Assembly: GCA_024679065.1 (NCBI GenBank) | Contig: JAGIQG010000018.1 | Span: 41,106,001-41,170,000 of the forward strand | Reading direction: 5' to 3' | Length of the DNA: 64,000 nt | Source: Sphyrna mokarran | Lineage: Eukaryota | Shown: positions 52,071-64,000 of the stretch, piece by piece | Layout of the letters: each line of letters begins with the position of its first letter | Numbering within the stretch: position 1 is the first letter of the stretch | Made by a program: the position numbers and the translations under genes | The notes under the pieces: model-generated | Seen by the model: the letters and a program-made list of their open reading frames with translations, nothing else | The model's database searches: none | Told to the model about the DNA's origin: nothing

Positions 52071-52273
52071 TGTTAGGAATCAGTTCACAGATCTTCCAAT
52101 TAAGTCCAATTTGATGTCAATGATTCAATAGAAGTCACTGATGTATAAAGGGGCCACAGGTGACACATTTGTTGGTGGAGAATTTTGTGTGAAGTTGGAT
52201 CAAAGAAATAAAGGTATTACGAAGAAGCAGAACTCGTGTCTTCTTTACTCACAGTAACTGAAAGACTCAAACA
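52071..52273 (+). mobile_element. Putative solo LTR, 203 bp, inserted in an older LINE-like 3' fragment (about 51950-52500)
   Basis: TGTT...AACA inverted termini, TATAAA at 52144, AATAAA at 52207, flanked by GCTCC and CCTCC (5-bp TSD, one mismatch). Confidence 0.65.
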
Positions 52274-52794
52274 CCTCCACATTGTGCACCATAGCTGCAC
52301 TGCAGTAACTCCCTCAGACATTTTTAGGTTATTGCTTCTTTATCATCACTATGGTAAAACCTTGGAACTCCCTACCTAATAATACTATGGTATACTAAAT
52401 CCAAAAGAACATTTAGTGGTTGAAAGAAGGTGGCTCACCACAACCTTCTCAAGGGTAAATAGGGATGGGCAATAAATCCTAATGGTACCAATATCCCAAC
52501 CAATGAATTTTTAAAAAAAATTTTGGTGGATTTGAACTGATCAGTGGTCAATTAATTCCATAATTTACATCAGGATTGAAGGCCCACAGAATTCAAGGCC
52601 CAAAATATTCTTTATTCAATGAGCAGAGAAAATTTGTCTTGAGACTAAGCAGTGACTTGCAAACTAAGCTTGAACAAAACGTTGTAATAATCAAGGGAGA
52701 ATCACTTACCGTCAGCAGTGTTAAAGTCAATACAGAAGTCAGACAGAGAAAAAAATACACGAATTTTGAAAATAAAGGGAAATCAATGACTTAC

Positions 52795-52892
52795 TAGGAA
52801 CTCTATTAATGGCTCTTAACGGCCTGAGAACCCGAACAGTTCGGATTGCTGAGAGACTTGCATTATGTCCATCCAGTGAATATTCCAGCATC
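52795..52892 (-). CDS. cacna1h: Cav3.2 exon equivalent to human exon 5 (IS3-S4 loop and S4 voltage sensor), 98 bp
   Basis: CAG|G then [32 protein letters not shown] plus A, donor A|GTAAGT. RxxRxxRxxR S4 pattern; LDGHN is the Cav3.2 form of the loop. Confidence 0.97.
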
Positions 52893-55800
52893 CTGCAATT
52901 AAAGATACATATATAATTCATCTATATATGTTTATCATTCAAATCATGTGTTATGTTAACTTATTCAAAACCATTTTGTGAAAATATTCCTTTTCTTTGA
53001 AAATGCTCCTCTGAAGGTACGCATGCCCAAGAAACGGCTCAAGACTTATCCATTTAACAGGAATAATTTTCTGGTTTTGAGCTCCCTGGCAGTGTTTTGC
53101 TTGCCAAAATCCAATGTGGTTGTCAAAGCATATGCATTTGCTTTTAGTGTGTACCAATGTTGCCTTAATTGGAGTATTAGTTACTGTTGGTTTATAAACA
53201 TTGCTCAGTAAAATTATTTTAGCAATTATGCCAATTGATGTAAACAAACAGGAATACACTGATTTTCATCTGAACTGTTGTCAAAATCACTTTTCAATGC
53301 AATAAGGCACTTACTTTCTACAGCAGACGTGAAACACAGGTAAACAGGTCATTGTAACCTGCAATAGGGAAAGAAAAACTGAACCATCCAAGTGTGGGAA
53401 CCAGGATGATTCTGAACAAAATAGAACTGAAAGGCAAATGGTGAAACGTTTTACAGGCTGTTGATAATGACTTTCATTAAAGTCACTGTTGTCTGCAGCA
53501 GTATACATAGAAAGCTTCCAAGCTGGCTAATGTTATCCTTGTATAAAATGTTGGAATTTGTTTAATCTCTGTAGATAAAATCATTGGGCTGGATTCCCCA
53601 GCCTTGTGAGACAGCCCACAGTAATCCTGATGTCCCACAGAATGGGGCGACGACCAAAAATCAAGATTCCTGACGGGCATCAAGGAAATTGGGATTTACC
53701 TGCTGCCAGTTGATAATTATGCAAAACGAGTTTATAGCCCATTCACCAGACACCCGCCATGCAGCTGCCTTCTCAGCAGAAATGGCACCATGAGGACTTT
53801 ATGTTGCTAATCACAAGTGGAAACATGGCATGCAGGGCCCTGAGAGTCCAGGGGAGCATCACTAACCATTCAGAAAATAGGGGTCCTCCCCCCACCACTC
53901 AAATTACAGGTCACTCCAACCTTCTCCATTCCACACAGGCATGGAGGTAACCTGATTCCTCCCCCCAACTCCTTCACCACCCCCCCTCCCCTTCAGGCCC
54001 CCTTCAGGCCCTTACCCCAGATCCCATCTCAGACCTCCATGTCCTCTCCTCCCAAAGACTCCCAATTTGTCCCTCATCCCATCAGATCCCCAACTAAGGC
54101 TCTTTTTCCTCAAATCTACCCAGGCCCCCATCTCACTCTCCTCAAACCACCCCCACATGTCCTCTCCCTCCCTCAAGCCTTCCAATTCAGGCCACATGCT
54201 GCTTGGCACCCTGACACTGACACCTTAGGAGGGTCAAGGAGATAGATATAGAGCCATTTCCTCTCTGCTCCAAGGGTCCTGGGTAGGTTGGGCTCAGGGT
54301 AAGGGGTTGACCTCACCACTCTTCCCTGGCAGATCTGAAGAGCCGGCCCCGGCATGATGATTTCAGGTAACCTTGTGATCAACATCCGCATTCCTGCCTA
54401 TCAGCTGTAAAAATTATGAAGTGGCTAGGTCACTTTAATCCCCATGCCCCCTGGTCACCTGACAGCCATTTAAATTACTACATCATTCTATTCTGCATCA
54501 GGGATTTCCCTATCTCTCTATCAGAAGCTGCAGGTGTGAGCACACCACTTTGAAGTCCTCTGAAAGACAGGAAGTATCAATTTCACCAGGGTGAGGGTTC
54601 CATTCTGCATAACTGTGTACTTAGTCCCAATGCATTCGCACTGCCTAGATTTTAGGTTTCTGAGGCATCTTAGCAAGCTGAAACCTTTGAAACCCTCTTT
54701 ACTGCATTGGAACCCTTTGATCTCTAACAAGTTCAATGTGCAATGCTTTGAAATGGGCATCCATTGACCGCTTAATAGATTTCTACTCATGCTGCAGTCT
54801 ACTATGTTTCTTTTTATTCCTTTCACACTTGAGTGTGAAGTATCTCAAGTATCTCAATTGATCCTATCTGCAATATTTACAAAGATTCTAAGCCTGACTG
54901 ACAGTTGTTGATTCTTCAAGAGAAATAAATGGTTTAAGTTGAGATGTTAGGCCAGGATTTTGGTGCCGGGGGCAGTATACTACTGACAATGTTAAGGTGC
55001 AAGGCCTGAAGGGGGTCCTGAGTGATGGTCAGAGGAGAAAGAGGGGTCTGAGTGAGGGTTCTAAAGGGGAAGGGCAGCCTGAGTGAAGGGTTAAGTCACC
55101 TTCGTACCTGCATGGTGTGGGATGGGATGGTTACCTGTTATTTGTGGATATGGGGGGGAGGGGTGGGGAAGATGATGCCACTCTTTAGCGATGGTTTGGT
55201 GATGTTCCTCTGGTCAGTGGGGATGGGTCACTATTTTATCTTCTGGGAAGAGTGGGGGCCTGTTTCTGACTGCAGAGACTGCAGCGCCCTTTAAAAACCG
55301 TGCCCCAATCTCAGAACAGCAAGCTGGCTGGTAGACTCCCTGACAAGATCTTATTAGCATTTTGCAGATGGGTGAATCCCAGCTGAAAGACATGGCTAAT
55401 GTGAACGGGAAACTCTCCAGATTTCCCTCTGGCATGGGCACTTAACCTGAAAATGGGAGAATTCTGCCCATTATGTTTATTTGCAATAAGAGACTACTCC
55501 TAGTCCCATTTCCTATTTCCCATGTTCTTATGTTCCTATGTCTGCAACAAATGTTGAGGAAAAGCATTCCCTATGTACTACAGTAATCAAGCATTGCTCA
55601 GCAAGTTCCTCTGAGGAAATCAAGTTTTTAAAAACTTAATTTAAGTAGTTTATTTTAAAAATCCTTTTTGAGGACAAGTATCAAACAAAAGTGGCCTGTG
55701 ACTTAAATTCTCAAAGATTCTCAGCCTATCTGATACACTTGACTGCCTCAAGTTGGTGTGAAACAAATGGCTTTTGGCTGACATCCAAACATGTTTTAAT

Positions 55801-56565
55801 TGTTTCCAGCAGTTCCCAGATGCATCCAACAGTGATCTGAACAGAAGCTGTCAATATGAACTAATCACATGACAGAAGCAAGAATTTCTTGTGAAATACT
55901 GAGAAGATGACAAGTTGCAACGCTGATGTTTGCCAAGGATATGGAGGATAAATCAATGCAGTGGGAACTGGTAATCTGTAATTGTGAAAGTTGTAAAGAG
56001 GTCAAGGTTTCTGCAGGGGCATACATGGGATGTTATGGTAAGTGAAGGCTACACTTGTCTGCAGATTGTCCCTGCCCTTGGGAGTCCTTTTTCCTTCATC
56101 CTGGCCTTCGTCTTGATGCTCCATATTTTGACAAAATTTTAATTCTCTATAACCCTCAAAGTTTGTATCTGAATTTATCAGTAACTATGAAAACAAGTTC
56201 CAAAAACTGAATGCTATTGGCACTTGAGATTTAATATGGATAGGTGTTAAAACAATGTAAACCAACTGGAAAATTATATCGGGAGATGAAAATTGGTCCT
56301 TCCTTTTACAAACTATAATGCTATTTTATATAAATGAATAACAAGAGGAATAACTCATTAAAATACACCTAAATTCCATCACATTGGTGGCAGAGAATTG
56401 AGACAATCTGCACAATCACAAAGGCTGATTCCTTGCTTTCCATGAAGAAGTGGTATTTCAAGAGGGCTACCTCTTTTGACCCAATACCCACACAGATGGG
56501 TTAAATACAAAGTAAACAGATTCAAAGTAAAATTGGACAATGAGTAAGGAATTGACGAAAGAACA

Positions 56566-56691
56566 GGGGTGGAATTTTTTGGTCATGCCTGCTCCAAGAT
56601 TGGAAATTCCTGGCCGAGATCAATGGCTAATCAAATTTTCCATTCCATCCATGATGATTCCCATAGCGTGCAGGACCAAAATATTTACCCC
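56566..56691. mobile_element. About 125-bp MITE with degenerate TIRs
   Basis: GGGGTGGAATTTTTTGGTC ... GACCAAAATATTTACCCC. Confidence 0.6.
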
Positions 56692-58011
56692 TACATCTGA
56701 GTGGTCCACCGGTAGCATTGAAATGGTTTAGTGATAAATCAAAAGAGATTTGGACAATTTAACCTAAATTTGTTATTCAACCTGCCAAAGCAAATGGAAT
56801 GTCAACCTCTGGGAAAAGAAAGCTTATAGATTTATATAAAGTAGCACTATGGTTTATAAAAGAAAGGACAATTTTCATCTCCAGATATAATTTTCCAGTT
56901 GGTTTACATTGTTTTAACACCTATCCATGTTAAATCTCAAGTACCAATAGCATTCAATTTTTTGGAACTTGTTTCCGAAGTTACTCATAAGTTCAATACA
57001 AACTTTAAAGGTTATAGGAGTATAAAACTTTGTTAAAACATGGACCATCAAGAGGAAGACCAGGATGAAGGAAAAAAGATCCCCAAGGTCTGGGGCAACC
57101 TGCAGATAAGTGTAGCCCAACATCTAGACTACCACCCTCCACACTTGCCCCCCCATATTTTAACGGATATTTAGTTGGGGTGGTGCTACATGAGACACCT
57201 GTAGAGATGATTTTCCTCTGTGCATTCCAAGATCAGTACTGCATGTCTATAAAAGTACTGACAAGTTTGACATCAGTTTTGGCCATTACTCTCCTTGCAT
57301 ATGTACAGGATCTGGACTGCATGGTTGCTGGAAGGATCCTTGCAACAGATGGCAAAGCTCAACATTTGCCCTTCTTATTGCTCCAGACCCTGAAAAGTTA
57401 GGGTATCATAATCATTCTTAGATAGGCTTGCAGAGGAGCACAGATATGATGGATGACATCTTGGTAAGTAGAACAAAACAAGCAATCTTGGCTCCTGATC
57501 AGTTTGGCAAGCCTACTTTTATGCAGTATCACACAAATTGTGATACGCCGTTTTCACAATGCCTCTGAATAATCATTCACAACAGAGATTAGTCAAGTAT
57601 TCATGCTGTATTGTGATGCCACGATGTGTATGGACACAGGTACTTTGGCAAGGGAAGCCTGCAATAATACTTGCCAAGTCACAAATGAAACCAATTCTTC
57701 TAGCTATTGTAAGGAAGGTCTGGGCAGGGGGGCATTCATCAATTCTTCAGCAGCCTGAAGAGCCTGGCAACCTTCCAAAACTCTTTTTCCTCCTCTGAAC
57801 ATTTCAGAAGAGAGCTGCATTGGCAAACCCATCCTTCCAAAAAAATCAAAATTTGATTAAAAGGACTTATACGATAGTCTAAATGCTAAATGAAAATAAA
57901 TAGGCTTTTAAGAGACCTCACTGACTTACATTTAACATTTCTGGAGCTTTTGCAGGCCTCTGTCAAGTTTACATGAACATATCAAATATTTTGACATAAA
58001 AAATTACTAAC

Positions 58012-58145
58012 CCTGCCATTACAATGAAGAAATCCAGACGATTCCATGTATCTCCTAGGTAACACTTCTGTCCAAATATTCCAAGAGCCACCATCTTTGT
58101 GACCATTTCCACAGCAAAGAATGCAAAAATAAAGTCATCAAATGC
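58012..58145 (-). CDS. cacna1h: Cav3.2 exon equivalent to human exon 4 (IS2-IS3), 134 bp; not in the ORF track
   Basis: CAG|GCA... translates [44 protein letters not shown] plus GG, donor GG|GTTAGT. Phase 0 start matches the previous exon end. Confidence 0.96.
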
Positions 58146-58960
58146 CTGATGGTTTAAAAAGAGTCAAGAGATTTAAAACATTTTAAATCAAGACATGTGA
58201 TTTACATACCTTGTAATATGCACATAAAAAGAATCATTGTCCTTAGAAAGAAGTCTTGCAAAATGTAAAGCTATAGTCACTTTTACATCGATAAAATTGC
58301 CTCAAACTTGATTTGTCTTTTGCATTTGAGAAATATACAAGTATTAAATTGGGCCATAACTTACAAATAATGTCAGAAAGTGATGGCCTGATAGAATTAT
58401 AAAACTTCACATCACATTTACCTGCTCTTGAAAACTATGCTAAATTGGTTGGTCAAGAGCTTGGGTCGGATTGGGAATAAGTGTTGGGGCTATGGGCACA
58501 AGGTGGGAGGATCCCATGTGATTGGGGGTTCGGGGTGGGGAAATCTATTGTGGGGGTGGTTAGGTGGGGATGGCAAAGTATACTGGGAAATCAGGATGTG
58601 GGAGTCTTCCCATTTGTGGATTGGTCTGGGTATTCATAATAGTTACACAGAATTTACAAGAGCTTTTACTAATTCTAACTTTTTCTAAGTATCCATTAAC
58701 ATCCCCCTTGTGGAACTATCGAAAATTAACAATTTAAACCACATTTTTGGATGGATCCCAGCACATGCAGATAGCACTTCTGGACAATTGCTGTGCAAAT
58801 GCTTAACTGGGAAGTTCCTAGAAGAATTCCCTAGCACACCTTTGGGGCAACCCCCCAAATCCAATGCTGGGGAGAAAATTTTGGCCTGTTTTAATTTGTA
58901 GCAGGATATACTGTTAATATTTTGTGCATTTAATTTTACAACAAAGTCAAGACATCTTAC

Positions 58961-59072
58961 CTGAAGTATCGTACACCTTTCAGACTTACATTCCACATCT
59001 TCACATGGCTGAAACATTCCCAACGTAACACAGTTCAAAAGGATTACCAACATGCTGACATGTTCGAACCAT
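58961..59072 (-). CDS. cacna1h: Cav3.2 T-type calcium channel alpha-1H, exon equivalent to human exon 3 (domain I S1), 112 bp
   Basis: One carry-over base, then [37 protein letters not shown]. Acceptor is ...TTTAC|A (AC type) and donor is CAG|GTAAG. Recognised as Cav3 IS1. Confidence 0.96.
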
Positions 59073-59093
59073 GTAAATCATTGAATTAAGGAC
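59073..59093 (-). promoter_or_regulatory. U12-type (minor spliceosome) branch point and AC 3' splice site
   Basis: Minus strand reads GTCCTTAAT TCAATGATTTAC|exon. TCCTTAAY branch consensus at 59085-59092 ends 12 nt from the exon; the terminal dinucleotide is AC and there is no polypyrimidine tract. Confidence 0.93.
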
Positions 59094-59247
59094 AACAGTG
59101 AGCAAAATATAAAGAGCACGTGGGAAAAATGTTCAAAATTTACAGGGAAAAAATCTGAGGTAGAGATTATGAATTTATGCTCCAACAAAGCACTAACCTA
59201 GAAAATGGAGACCAGGAAAACACAATTAAGTTGAGGAAGGGAATGTT

Positions 59248-60680
59248 CATAGCATCATAGAATGATTCAAGCACAGGCGGAGGCAATTTGACCTGTCATA
59301 TCTATGATGGCTCTCTGCAAAAGCATTTCACATTTCACTCCCTATTCTTTACCATGCAGTCTTCAAATTTTTTCTTTCAGATAATGATCCAATTCCCTTG
59401 TGAATGTCATGTTTAAAACTGCCTCCATCACACTCTCAAGACAGTGCATTCCAAATCCTAACCATTCATTGTCAGTACTCCTTTTGTTAATTACCTTAAG
59501 TCTGTGTCCTCTGATCATAGAGTCATAGTCATAAAGATTTACAACTTGGAAACAAACCCTTCAGCCCAACTTGTCCATGCCATCCTTTCTTTTAACCCCT
59601 AAGTAGTCCGAATTGCCCGCATTTGGCTCATAACCTTCTGTATCCATCTTACCCATGTAACTACCTAAATGCTTTTTAAAACACGAAATTGTACCTGCCT
59701 GTACTATGACTTCTGGCAGTTTGTTCCAGACACTCACCACCCTGTGTGAAAAAATTGCCCTTCTAGACCATTTTGTATCTCTCCCTTCTCAGCTTAAACC
59801 TATAACCTATACCCTCTAGTTTTAAACTCCCCTACCTTTAGGAAAAGATATTGACTATCTAGCTGATCTATGCCCCTCATTATTTTATAGGCCTCGATAT
59901 GATCACCCTTAAGCCTCCTACACTCCAGTGAAAGTGATGTATTTGATCACAAGAATATGGAGAGACTATATACAACCCACGGTACACTTCTAAGTGGGTT
60001 CAGGAGCAGAGAGTCCTGGGGCTAGATGTGCACAAATCATTGGTCTTGATTCTTCCATCAATAGGAACAGTTTTCTCAAATATTATGTCCAGGTCTCTCA
60101 TGAATTTGAATATCTCAATTAAATCTCACCTCAACCTTCTCATCTCTTGAAGTAAACAGTCCCAGCTTCTCCAATCAATCTAGGTAGATAAAGTTCCTCA
60201 TCATTGGAATCATTCTACTGAACCTTTTCTGCACCCTTTCTAATGCCTTCACATCCTGCAACAAAGTGGTATCCAGAACTGGATATAATACAGGACATTT
60301 TATTTGAGCCCAGACCCATTCCTTATTCTTGTTTATCATAACTTCTTGGTTTTGTACTCTGTGCCCTTTTAATAAAACCCAGGATCCCTTATGTATTGTG
60401 ATCCACATTTTCAATCTGTCCTGCCACCTTCAATGATTTGTGCATGTATACTCTGAGGTTTCTCTGCGTCTGAACCCATTTAGAAGTGTACCCTAAATTA
60501 CAAATGGTTTTTCCACTTTCTTTTGACCAAAATGAATCATTTTGCACTTCTCTTCATTCAATCTCATTGCTGTATGCCCACCTATTCCAAACATTCCCCT
60601 TCTCCCAGTTCACAATACCTCTATTCTGTTCTGTTGCATCTGCAAATTTTGAAACTGTGCCCTGTACACCAAAGCCTTGC
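59248..60680 (-). mobile_element. Composite of CR1 3' fragments (younger copy 59515-59932 nested in an older one)
   Basis: ORF 60175-60414 contains DVKALERVQKRFSRMIP. 59515-59900 is closely similar to 29953-30330. Confidence 0.8.
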
Positions 60681-61317
60681 AAACGGCGACAGAAAACCAC
60701 TGAGTATTTTTGCCAAACATAACCATAATCAATCACAAAGGACTATGGTTGCCAACATTCTTTCAGGACATGGTCTTTGAAGCGACAAAGAGAGCAGAGA
60801 CAACAAAATCCATGTCATTAATATGCATCAGGAAGAGTAGGTATTCTAACATGGAACACTGGAGAATTCCATTATAAACTTCCTCCAATACAAAGAACAG
60901 TCATCCACCACTACTCCCAATTTCCTGTCAGTTAGCCAGTTTCATATTCATGTTGTTACTGTCTCTCTTCATACAAAATGATGTTGGAACTCCTCTCTGA
61001 TTGATGGCCCATATGGTTTAAGTATAATTGTCTGGATAAAGGACTCTCTTTTTTTATAATTTGCTTAACAAAAAAATTGCAATTTGAGCCCTAAGAATGA
61101 GAATCTATATTTAGTAGCATGTAACAAAGCAACTCCGCAACTCGCAGCAAAATTAGTTCATGAAGGTTATGTGTTCTAAGTATTCAAAGATTTCAATCTA
61201 TTCACTTCAATGAACAAACATCTTGACAACAGCACAGGTTTTCATTCACAGGTCGGGTGCACAAAAATGTGAGAATTCCTAGCTCTGTGCACCCAACCTT
61301 TAAAAATCAAACTACAC

Positions 61318-61473
61318 GGCTGGAATTTTCTGTAAATTTTTAAACTGTGTCCTGTACACCAAATTCTTGCCGCTACAGAAAGTGAGGACAGAAAATTTGG
61401 CGTTCAACTAAATAGCCGTTCACTGCAGTAGGACCAGCATCCTGCTGTCATGAATGGCCAGAAAATTCTACCC
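61318..61473. mobile_element. MITE copy, same family as 10509-10641
   Basis: GGCTGGAATTTTCTG ... CAGAAAATTCTACCC; internal AATTTGGCGTTCAA...GTTCACTGCAGT. Confidence 0.7.
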
Positions 61474-62929
61474 TTTATATTTTCAGTCTGGCTGGGGCAG
61501 GCTGGAGTAGCAGTCGGAGCAGATGACTCCAGAAATAGTGAGAGATCAGAGGCAGTCACAGCATGGATTGGGGAACTCAAACATTGATGAAAAGTGGACC
61601 TTCTGGAAGGATACACTGGAGAGGTAAGTTGTCAAGAGGTGAAGCCTCGGAGGAGATATCTCTGCCGCGTCAGGTGGGTGTTCAAGTGGTAAATAATTTC
61701 TCCAATTGTTTGCTGACTCTGAAACAGATGGTCCATCATGGGCATTCACTATGGGAGAACTGTCATTTTTGCTGCCTCAGCAAAATTCACATGGCATCAT
61801 ATTGCCACCACTACCTCGTACAGGTATTATGCAGTCATGTAGATAACTGCCAAGTCTCAGTGATGAAAACTGCCATGCTCATTATCCCATCCACTTGTCC
61901 TCTTGCCCCCCCCCTCCCCTGCATCTATTAGGATGCACCCACGCCGTTGACCTTTGAACAGTCCTTCACAGCTGCAAACTACATGACACTGGTGCAACAC
62001 TGACACGCTGGCAGATGGGGCCCGAAAGATCAGACAATATCAGCTTTCCAGAGATCAGGGCACCCCTTTCAATAAGCACCCCATCTCAAGTAAAATAAGA
62101 ACCACCCCATCCCTCACACCTTACCCTTACATGCACATGGTGAATACCCACACACATGTAGAAATCCCCTCATGGGACATCCAACCCCTCCCTCTTATAC
62201 AGAGGGACTTTCTTATTACAGCATCCCAGAGGAACACCCCTGGTATTGCCCTTGACTGTCCCCAGACACTTTCCAGCTGGAGGCGGATCTGAGAGCAGTG
62301 CCAGGGTATGGGGGACACTGCCGGGAGAATGCCCCTGTTCCCTCAGGGCTGTAATTATCTTTGTGTAACTGGCAGGTTCACTTCACTTGGGTCCTATTTT
62401 AAAAGCCTGTTGCAAACCTCACCGATGAGGGAGATCCTATTGTGGCGGGACATTTCAGCGGGAAGCCTTTTAATGAGATGTAGATGTATTTAAATCAGAC
62501 TTCCAATCTTCCTGGATATCAAGGGTTGAGGACCATTGTGCCACAAGAGCTCGCAGGCGAGGATCTTGTGTTTGGCCTCTCACAGGATTTGGACCCATGT
62601 TGCCAAAATTCTAGTCAACATCTTGACTTGTAACTATACTGCCATTCCTTCATTGTCACTGTGTCAAAATCATGGAGCTCCCTTCCTTATTGCACTCTGG
62701 GAGTACCTCCACCATATGGATTGCAGCAATTCAAGAAGGAGACGCACCACCACCTTCTCGAGAAGAATTATCTTGACCTTGTAGTGACCCAGCAGACCCC
62801 AACATATGGACCTAGTCATTGGCTCATCTGTGACAGTGATCTCAGATATGCTACCCACTTACCAGCCTTCAACTCATCCACACAGGAGCACGGTCTGGAT
62901 GTTCACTGATTGGCGAAGCCAAAGCACAG

Positions 62930-63720
62930 CCAACAGTGACCCTGAGCACCCAACCGTGTAGACTCACCTATCAATACAGGAACAGCAAGCAACATAACAA
63001 ATCTTCCATCCACAATGAAGAACTTCATTGGACACAATCATACCCTTAATATCACAAACTGCTCTCACTGTCTCCCAGGTTCAAAAAGAAGCAGTCATTC
63101 CAAGAAGCGTGGAAAATGTGCAGATCTACAGCTGAGAGTGAAACAATGAGATCCCAAGACCTCCCTCCCCAGCTTACTGCTTGCAAATGTCTAATCTTTG
63201 GAAAACAAGCTAAACAAACTTAAAGCCAGACTCACTTTCCAAAGAGAACTAAGGGACTGCTGTGTGCTCTGTTTTACAGATTCATGGCTCATTCCTGTTT
63301 CACTGGACTATGCCCTAAACCAAAGGGCTCTTTAATCTATCAGGTGTATCATACAGCGCCTCAGGTAAGGCTATGGGAGGTTGAGTCTCCTTCCTAATCA
63401 GCACCTCTTGGTGCCTAGACACAGCAATACTGGCAAATTTCTGCTCCCCGACCTAGAATATCTGTTACCTTCCACGGGCATTCACTTTTGTTATTCTAAC
63501 GGTAGTTTACATTCCACCTCATGCAGATGTGAAGATCGTGCTAGTTCTAATATACACCATTACAAATAGCCTTGAGACAAAACATCCCGAGGCCTTGTTC
63601 TTCGTAGCCGGAGACTTCAGCCAGGCCAAGCTCAAGATCATACTACCAAGTTACCACCAACATGTCTTTTGTTCCACCAGAGACTCAAACATCCTAGATT
63701 ACTGCTGCATAAATTTCATG
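62930..63720 (+). mobile_element. LINE endonuclease remnant (L2 or Rex1/Babar-like), cut off by a Penelope-like insertion
   Basis: LLLANV*SLENKLNKLKARLTFQRELRDCCVLCFTDSWL near 63174-63290 and EALFFVAGDFSQAKLK...HQHVFCSTRDSNILDYC are APE-domain motifs. Confidence 0.75.
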
Positions 63721-63721
63721 A

Positions 63722-64000
63722 TGTAGAGATGCCGACGTTGGATTGGGGTAAACTCAGTAAAGTTTGACAACACCAATTTTAAATCCAACCAATTTATTTG
63801 ATAGTAAATCAGCGAGCTTTCGACTTTTCGTCTTCGTCAGGCAAATGCAGTGTTCTGGTCTGCAATAGCACACATCAGCACAGACAGTCACAGATTGCTG
63901 ATTAGAATGCGAATCCTTACATCTAACCTGCTCTTCAAGTGTTAAAGTGGCTAACAATGTGTGTGAAGGGAATCCTGAGCATTGGTTAGAGAATTGTGTA
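63722..64000 (-). mobile_element. Penelope-like element terminus, probably continuing beyond the window
   Basis: First 80 bp are homologous to 23432-23513, followed by a hammerhead-like core on the minus strand. Confidence 0.65.
63808..63846 (-). ncRNA. Minimal type I hammerhead ribozyme-like motif
   Basis: Minus strand reads UUUGC CUGACGA A GAC GAAAA GUC GAA AGCU C GCUGAU: CUGANGA box, stem II GAC/GUC, GAAA box, palindromic AGCU stem III, UC cleavage site. Stem I is only about 2 bp. Confidence 0.55.

Noticed and set aside
55935-55942. ATATCCTT on the minus strand, resembling a U12 donor
   Set aside because: An 8-mer match is expected by chance in 64 kb. It is downstream of the AC acceptor and has no adjoining exon.
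58685-58960. ORF-track extensions of cacna1h exons (for example VRCLDFVV... and VRSQIVNI...)
   Set aside because: These are read-through past strong GTAAG donors into intron or TE sequence, not channel protein.
1-64000. Prokaryote-style novel system (operon, CRISPR array, defence island)
   Set aside because: The window is vertebrate intronic DNA with spliced exons. There are no long ORFs and no regularly spaced repeat-spacer array.

Overview
This is eukaryotic DNA, not prokaryotic. The repeat content (tRNA-headed HE1/V-type SINEs, CR1, RTE, Tx1, Penelope, Harbinger) points to a cartilaginous fish, probably a shark (inference). The window lies inside one minus-strand gene, the T-type calcium channel Cav3.2 (cacna1h). 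Five coding exons are present: 58961-59072, 58012-58145, 52795-52892, 34562-34721 and 6831-7140. They correspond to human exons 3-7, total 814 nt, splice in frame and encode domain I from S1 to the start of the pore loop. The intron upstream of the first of these exons has a U12-type (AT-AC) 3' end. The rest is intron filled with decayed, often nested transposable elements, and nearly all ORF-track entries are spurious or TE remnants. I found no convincing new multi-gene system. The most notable items are the minor-spliceosome acceptor, the Cav3.2-specific DGH metal-binding motif, a Penelope-borne minimal hammerhead-like motif on the gene's sense strand, a 49-bp Penelope hairpin with a target-site duplication, SINE tail swapping, and inverted SINEs flanking exon 6. 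TE family names come from pattern recognition without a database search, and TE boundaries are approximate.
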